A stretch of 53,893 nt of DNA from the NCBI GenBank assembly GCA_016218485.1, contig JACRDY010000062.1, positions 1 through 53,893 of the forward strand, read 5' to 3'. Both the position numbers and the translations under genes were made by a program. Position 1 is the stretch's first letter. Each line of letters opens with the position of its first letter. Source of the DNA: Candidatus Falkowbacteria bacterium. GTDB lineage: Bacteria; Patescibacteriota; Patescibacteriia; JACRDY01. The notes under the pieces are model-generated. The model saw only the letters and a list, made by a program, of their open reading frames with translations, ran no database searches and was not told where the DNA came from. This document shows, in pieces, positions 48,434 to 53,893 of the stretch.

Positions 48434-49696
48434 ATGGATCTGTCATGGTCAAAACTCAATACCACCCCCGCCACCATGCCCTTTGGTTTGGATATTTCTG
48501 ATGGCATGATCCGGGCGGTTCAGCTGAAACGACAGGGCGCTAAGTCATTCAGTCTGCGCTGTAAGCATGAGCTGCCGCTGCCCTCCGGCGTCATCCAGTC
48601 GGGTGAAATTTTGGATCAAGTAAAATTAAGCGGTTACATAAACAAATTAATCACCCGGCGCAGCGCTGATCAATTTGGTCAGCGGATCACTGCCCGAGAA
48701 GTCATCTCGGTACTGCCGGAACCGAAAACCTTCATCAAACTCGTAACCTTTGCCTGGCCGGCGAATGCCAGAGAGAGCGACAGCGCCAGCCAAGCGTCAA
48801 CCGATCCGTCGGCCACCATCCAGACTGTTTTGGCTCAAGAGTTGTCAGAAGACATCCCCCTGTCGCTTGAGGACGCCACCTATGATTACCATATCCTGCG
48901 GGGTAATCCTCATACCGCCAAACCAGGCGACACCATCCAACTGCTGACAGCTATAGCGCCAAAAAAAATAGTTGCCGACTACACGGCCGTCTTGGAAGCC
49001 AGCGGCCTGGTACCAGTGGCACTGGAAGTAGAGGGGTTAGCCATCGCCCGAGCGGTCATCCCCTGGACGCCGCAGCCATCTGCTCCGTCGGCCGCTGACA
49101 CGATTAATATTATTGTTGACCTGGGAGCCAACCGCACTGGCATGATCATCTACCACAATGGCATCATCCGCTATTCCTTGAGCGTACCGGTCTCGGGGCG
49201 AGCCATCAGCCAAAAAATTGCTGACAAGGAAAAAATTTCATTCCCGGAAGCTGAAAAAATGAAACTTAGCCACTCGCTCACCGGCGGCAATTCAGACATT
49301 GACGCCATCATCCGCTCATCCCTGGACATTCTGATCAGTCGCCTGCGCGAAGCTCTTGTCTTCTGCCAGGTAAAACTCTCAGACAGCGTCAAACCGCAGA
49401 TACTGCTCTGTGGGGGCGGCGCGCTCTGGGCAGGGCTGACGGCCATGCTCAGTCAACAGCTCAACGTGCCGGTCGGCATCGCTGACCCGTTCGTCAATTT
49501 TAGTAATAAATCCAGCATATTCCTGTCGGAGTATTACACGTCGCGGGAATACTCTCTCAACCATTCATCCCCGCAGCAAGCTGACGGGGTATTCGGGAAG
49601 GTGCTGGATAAACCATCGGGCATCAGCGCCAGCTCGGCACTGTCCCTCACGACCGCTATCGGTCTGGCGCTGGGAGGTCTCTATGATTACGCTTAA
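48434..49696 (+). CDS. pilM: Type IV pilus assembly protein PilM
   Basis: FGLDISD, VDLGA, LCGGGA actin-like motifs, IGLAL. Confidence 0.88.
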   Translation: MDLSWSKLNTTPATMPFGLDISDGMIRAVQLKRQGAKSFSLRCKHELPLPSGVIQSGEILDQVKLSGYINKLITRRSADQFGQRITAREVISVLPEPKTFIKLVTFAWPANARESDSASQASTDPSATIQTVLAQELSEDIPLSLEDATYDYHILRGNPHTAKPGDTIQLLTAIAPKKIVADYTAVLEASGLVPVALEVEGLAIARAVIPWTPQPSAPSAADTINIIVDLGANRTGMIIYHNGIIRYSLSVPVSGRAISQKIADKEKISFPEAEKMKLSHSLTGGNSDIDAIIRSSLDILISRLREALVFCQVKLSDSVKPQILLCGGGALWAGLTAMLSQQLNVPVGIADPFVNFSNKSSIFLSEYYTSREYSLNHSSPQQADGVFGKVLDKPSGISASSALSLTTAIGLALGGLYDYA

Positions 49697-50225
49697 CCTG
49701 CTCGACCAAAAAAGGAAAAACAGCTACCACTGGCGGCGGCTGCTCTTGACGATACAGTCCGGTATTGAGCTCTGGTTCTTTACCATCCTCTGCTTAGGCA
49801 TCATCTTTTCTGCCGCCGAGTATTTTTTACAAACTAATTTTGAAGACACCACGGCGCAAAACGCGCTGATCAATCAAACAATCGGCGGCGACCAGCAAGA
49901 AATTCTGGCGATCAATTACCAACTCAAAGAGATCGACGGTATGCAGCGAGAATACATCGCCTGGGATCCCTTCCTGATGGCGCTCGTCAATGTTATCCCA
50001 CCCGACCTGAAACTGCGCAACCTGACCATTGACGCCACCGCCATGACCGTGGATATTACCGGTATAGCCAAAGACCGCGCCACCCTCTTGAAACTGAAGA
50101 GCGGCCTCGCCAATCTCTACGTGACCGACAAAGTCAATTCCCCGATTGATAACCTGCTCCGGAAAGACAATATTGATTTTGCTTTTCATCTGCTCTTGAA
50201 CCCTCAGCGACTCCGCTATGATTAA
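49683..50225 (+). CDS. pilN: PilN-like protein
   Basis: MITLNLL N-terminus, TM; follows pilM. Confidence 0.78.
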   Translation: MITLNLLDQKRKNSYHWRRLLLTIQSGIELWFFTILCLGIIFSAAEYFLQTNFEDTTAQNALINQTIGGDQQEILAINYQLKEIDGMQREYIAWDPFLMALVNVIPPDLKLRNLTIDATAMTVDITGIAKDRATLLKLKSGLANLYVTDKVNSPIDNLLRKDNIDFAFHLLLNPQRLRYD

Positions 50226-50799
50226 CGCCAGCAATAAAACAATCGTCCTCGCCACGATCCTGATCCTGATTGTCTGCACCGCCGGCATCAGCCTATTCAT
50301 CATTTACCCGAAAATAGTAACCATTAAAATGATCAGTGACGACGTGCAAAACCAAAAACAGGAGCTAGAAGAAAAATACCAGCGGGGCCAGAGCTTGCGA
50401 GCAATCTACGCTAATATAGCAACGGTGAAACAAAACCGTGATCGGCTGAACGCTACGGTGATTGAACAGGATAATGAGCTGGAATTCATCACCGCGCTGG
50501 AAAAAACGACTGAGGGTTTAGCGGTCAATCAGAATATCGTCCTCTCCCCGCCGAACCTCAAAGCCCCCACCAACAAACTGCAACTACTGGCTATCACCGT
50601 GACCCTGGATGGCGGCTTCATTGATATCCTGAAAACGGTTGAACGGATTGAACAGCTGCCCTACTACCTCATCGTGGAAAAGTTAGATTTCTCAAGCGAC
50701 CAAACAATCAACAGCCCCAGCGCTCCCGATCAGACGCCGCTGCCGAATCAACGCGTCCGCGCGGTACTGAAAGGAAAAATTTATTGGATGCCGCACTAA
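50218..50799 (+). CDS. pilO: PilO-like protein
   Basis: TM, coiled coil, ERIEQLP; follows pilN. Confidence 0.72.
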   Translation: MINASNKTIVLATILILIVCTAGISLFIIYPKIVTIKMISDDVQNQKQELEEKYQRGQSLRAIYANIATVKQNRDRLNATVIEQDNELEFITALEKTTEGLAVNQNIVLSPPNLKAPTNKLQLLAITVTLDGGFIDILKTVERIEQLPYYLIVEKLDFSSDQTINSPSAPDQTPLPNQRVRAVLKGKIYWMPH

Positions 50800-50800
50800 T

Positions 50801-51067
50801 ATGATCAAACTATCTCCCCCAAAAATAAATACTCTGGTATTCCTGATCATTATCCTCCTCATCGTCGCCATGCTCGGCTGGTCAGTCTATTTTATCTACC
50901 AGTACGTCTACCGCACGATTATTCTCGTGCCCGATCTGGAGAGCCTGAAACTGAAAACCTCCGTCAGCGCCGTGCGGATTGATCTCTTTGACGCCATTCA
51001 AACCAAACTGCAACAAAAAACCGCTGACCGATCAACTAACTGGTCAACGATCCATAACCCGTTTTAA
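50801..51067 (+). CDS. Small membrane protein ending NPF, in the PilP position
   Basis: TM, C-terminal HNPF; last gene of the pilus operon. Confidence 0.65.
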   Translation: MIKLSPPKINTLVFLIIILLIVAMLGWSVYFIYQYVYRTIILVPDLESLKLKTSVSAVRIDLFDAIQTKLQQKTADRSTNWSTIHNPF

Positions 51068-52251
51068 TGCTCTCGCGCTCGCCAAGCTACGTCCTGGGCA
51101 CGGCGAATAATTGCCGGCGCGGAACGCAAAAAATAATTCACCTCGGCAGCCGTGGTACCACGTCCGAGGGTCAGACGAATACTGCCCGCCACTGCCCAAG
51201 CCGGCAGTCCCATAGCCAAGAGTACGTGTGAAGGCTCTATTGAACCTGAAGCGCAGGCCGAGCCGGTGGAGACGGCCATACCGGCGCTGTCGAGCATCAG
51301 CATCAGCCGCTCCCCTTCCACGCCAGTGCAGCTGAAATTAAGATTATTGGGTAATCGTTTCTCAAAACTGCCGTTGATCTGCAGCTTGGGAATTTTTTTT
51401 AGTAACTGCTGGTATAATTGATCACGGAGCAACCGAACAACGGCAGCATCTCGCTGCGGCCGCAATAATTTCACTGCCTCGGCCAGTCCAACAATCAGCG
51501 GCGTATTCAGCGTCCCGGGACGCAATCCCCCCTCCTGGCTGCCCCCGTGCAGAACTGATTTTATTTTTACGCCGGAGCGGACAAACAGCGCGCCGACGCC
51601 TTTCGGTCCATAAATCTTGTGTCCCGACAGAGACAGTAGATCAGCCCGCAAATACCCGACATCGCAGTTAAGATAATTAATTGCCTGGACCGCGTCAGTG
51701 TGCAAGTAAATTCGCTGCGCGCGGCCGCGGTTAAGCCGCTCCAGGAGCTTGCCAATATCGCGCACCGGCTGAATCGTGCCAACTTCATTATTGGCATACA
51801 TCAACGAAATCAACACCGTGGTCGGTCTGATTAATTTTTTGACCGCCTCAAATTTAACCACTCCATCCACGCCAACCGGAACATAATCAACCCGCGCTAA
51901 CCCTTCTGATTCAAGGGCGCGTACAGTCTCCAGCACGGCCGGGTGTTCAATGACTGAAGTAATGATATGTGGACGCCGCAGCGTACTCGCCGCGACCACA
52001 CCGCGAATCGCCAAATTGTCCGCCTCTGTTGCGCCGCTAGTGAAAACTATTTCAGTGGCTGAACAGCCTAAAAATTGAGCGATGCTCGCCCGAGCTGAAT
52101 CAATCGCCGCGGCGGCCGCGCGTCCGGGAGTATGCAGGGACGAGGGATTGCCAAACTGAACGGAAAAAAACGGCCGCATGGCTGCCACCACCCGCGGATC
52201 CACCGGCGTACTCGCGGCACAGTCAAAATAGATTTGTTTTCTTGGGGGCAT
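51064..52251 (-). CDS. iscS: Cysteine desulfurase (IscS/NifS family)
   Basis: FGNPSS, FTSGATEA, HTDAVQ, SGHKIYGPKG, STGSAC. Confidence 0.92.
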   Translation of the reverse strand: MPPRKQIYFDCAASTPVDPRVVAAMRPFFSVQFGNPSSLHTPGRAAAAAIDSARASIAQFLGCSATEIVFTSGATEADNLAIRGVVAASTLRRPHIITSVIEHPAVLETVRALESEGLARVDYVPVGVDGVVKFEAVKKLIRPTTVLISLMYANNEVGTIQPVRDIGKLLERLNRGRAQRIYLHTDAVQAINYLNCDVGYLRADLLSLSGHKIYGPKGVGALFVRSGVKIKSVLHGGSQEGGLRPGTLNTPLIVGLAEAVKLLRPQRDAAVVRLLRDQLYQQLLKKIPKLQINGSFEKRLPNNLNFSCTGVEGERLMLMLDSAGMAVSTGSACASGSIEPSHVLLAMGLPAWAVAGSIRLTLGRGTTAAEVNYFLRSAPAIIRRAQDVAWRAREH

Positions 52252-52265
52252 ACTGCATTAGAATG

Positions 52266-52389
52266 AAATTATAAATTCAAAATTATAAATCCTAAATAAA
52301 TTCTAATGTCTTAAATCTTAAACAAACCGGTGGTTTTGAATTTAGAATTTATGATTTATTTAGGGCTTAGAATTTTGGATTTAGAATTT
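52266..52389. repeat. Mirror-microsatellite element, inverted homologue of 18386-18505
   Basis: AAAT(T/C)NN heptamers with an inverted arm; 33-nt identity to 18449-18481. Confidence 0.88.
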
Positions 52390-52486
52390 AAACAATACGA
52401 GAATTAAAAAGCCCTCCATACAGTAACAATAAACGCCCCACCGAGCGGGACGTCTAGAGCATACCAAGTCGTCTGCGGCTGGTCAA

Positions 52487-52711
52487 TTACTTCATCAGCC
52501 GGTCAACTTTTCGCTTAATCATCCAGACCTTACACCCGAAGTAGACGCTCAATACCGCTAAACAGATCAAGAGAAATGCCACAATGATGACCAAGAAATA
52601 CGGATAAAACAAGGCCAGCACGGCGAAAAACAAGAGAAACAATCCCTGGAGCAGCAAGAACCAAATTAGCTCAATCATCGCGTAGTTAAAATGTTTGTAG
52701 AGATTTTTCAT
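52487..52711 (-). CDS. Small membrane protein (2 TM)
   Basis: 74-aa hydrophobic ORF. Confidence 0.65.
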   Translation of the reverse strand: MKNLYKHFNYAMIELIWFLLLQGLFLLFFAVLALFYPYFLVIIVAFLLICLAVLSVYFGCKVWMIKRKVDRLMK

Positions 52712-52753
52712 AGGAAGCGCGGGTTAAGAGTTAGGGGGCTGAAAATATTATAC

Positions 52754-52821
52754 CACAGATTACACAGATAATCACAGATCACACGGATCTGTGCCATCTG
52801 TGATTATCTGTGTAATCTGTG
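52754..52821. repeat. Mirror-microsatellite element, ~9-mer CACAGAT(TA/AAT)
   Basis: Perfect 26-bp IR 52754-52779 / 52796-52821, abutting a stop codon. Confidence 0.9.
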
Positions 52822-52822
52822 T

Positions 52823-53756
52823 CTAATAAATTTCCTTCTGGTAACATTCCTCGCAGTAAACGGTCTCCGGCCGGTCAGGCGCATAGGTGGTTTTTAAATC
52901 ACGGCCACACTGATCGCACTGACGCTCAAACAACTTACGCGGATTTCGTAATGCCATCCGAGACAAATGACGGCAGTCCGGACATTGCTGGGGAATACAA
53001 ATATCATACTGACGGTAGTATTCTAATTCCTGAGGAATAATTTTATAATTTTTACCACAATGAATACAGGCCAACACTGAATTCAAAATATCATCTTTAA
53101 CCTCCCCAATTTTGTCTGGCACGACATAAATTTGCGGCTGATAATTTTTCCGTTCTTCATCCCGCCAACGCCAGCCCTTAGCCAGCACCGCCTCTTTCGT
53201 TAAAGGGAAATATTCATAGGCCACGCTTTCATTATAGGCAAACGGCGTTAAAATACTAGGAAAAAATTCACCCCACTCACCCGTTTGCTGCATATGTCTG
53301 ATAATTTTTACTACCACCCTCTCATACTCTTCTTTATCATACTGTTTATTCAAGATACAATATTTATAATTAATCAAACCAACGCAACCGAAACAGTCCC
53401 CTCCGCCAACACAAAGATCGCAATAAACGTTATTAGAATTTTTCCAATTCTGTGAGCAAAAAATGGAATAATTATTATATGCCGACCCCTGCAGCTGGTA
53501 GCAACTTTTCGTTTCCAAAATTTCCGTCAAATCATGACATAATTCAGCCCGCCAAGCATCTTGCGAATAGAGAGATTCATAAATATCCCGACAGTTAAAA
53601 CACAATTGAGCATCTTTAGTATTCTGCAGATAATCACCAGAAAAATCCTGATTATTAAAACCCCAATAATACTTTCGGGGTAATGTCTTTAATTGTTGAT
53701 TAAACTGTTCTTTAAATGATTCCGCGGCGACACGAGTCGAGTTTAATTCTTTTATT
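52823..53756 (-). pseudogene. 3' part of a Cys-rich zinc-ribbon protein, interrupted by an IS
   Basis: The frame stays open upstream of the ORF call (IKELNSTRV…GDYLQNTKDAQLCFNC…WGEFFP…VYCEECYQKEIY) up to the IS end. Confidence 0.75.
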
Positions 53757-53893
53757 AGACCTACTGATTAAAGATTTACGCCACTTCGCAAATTCCCCAA
53801 TCCCCAAAGAATTAGGCTCTGGCGAAGTTGCACAAACCGCAGACTATTAAAAAGTATTGATTGTAATTTTCAAGGTGTCCACGGAAACGATCA
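53757..53893 (-). mobile_element. Right end of a probable IS5-family (DDE_Tnp_4/ISL2-like) element
   Basis: Minus-strand frame 53892-53812 reads DRFRGHLENYNQYFLIVCGLCNFARA*, like a transposase C-terminus; the end …CAGTAGGTCT is followed by AAT. Confidence 0.6.

Overview
This looks like a chromosomal window from a Patescibacteria (CPR, Parcubacteria/ABY1-like) bacterium. That assignment is inferred from gene content, not from a search. Housekeeping content: a MacAB-like ABC exporter, rpmE-prfA-prmC, rplY, rodA, gyrB, ftsEX, prsA, ftsB, a P-type ATPase, mraY-murD-ftsW-murG, a type IV pilus operon, a cysteine desulfurase and four tRNAs. There is also a Cys-rich putative metal-handling cluster. 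The most unusual signal is intergenic. About 22 spacers, many inside operons and touching stop or start codons, hold 'mirror microsatellite' elements: a tandem array of a 7-9 nt unit, a short spacer, then the reverse-complement array. At least ten unit types occur, and related copies are found at distant loci. Some host nested elements: two identical 103-bp MITEs, a 176-bp MITE whose empty-site paralogue is in the window, and REP-like palindromes. Other notable items: (1) a GIY-YIG nuclease gene among tRNA-Lys copies whose anticodon arm is precisely replaced by a 15-nt palindrome; (2) a promoter-driven ~60-nt three-way-junction RNA facing a nuclease-like gene; (3) a REP remnant in frame inside gyrB; (4) a pyrE plus truncated pyrF islet; (5) an IS5-like insertion at the right edge. 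Everything was read by eye, and no database searches or folding programs were run.
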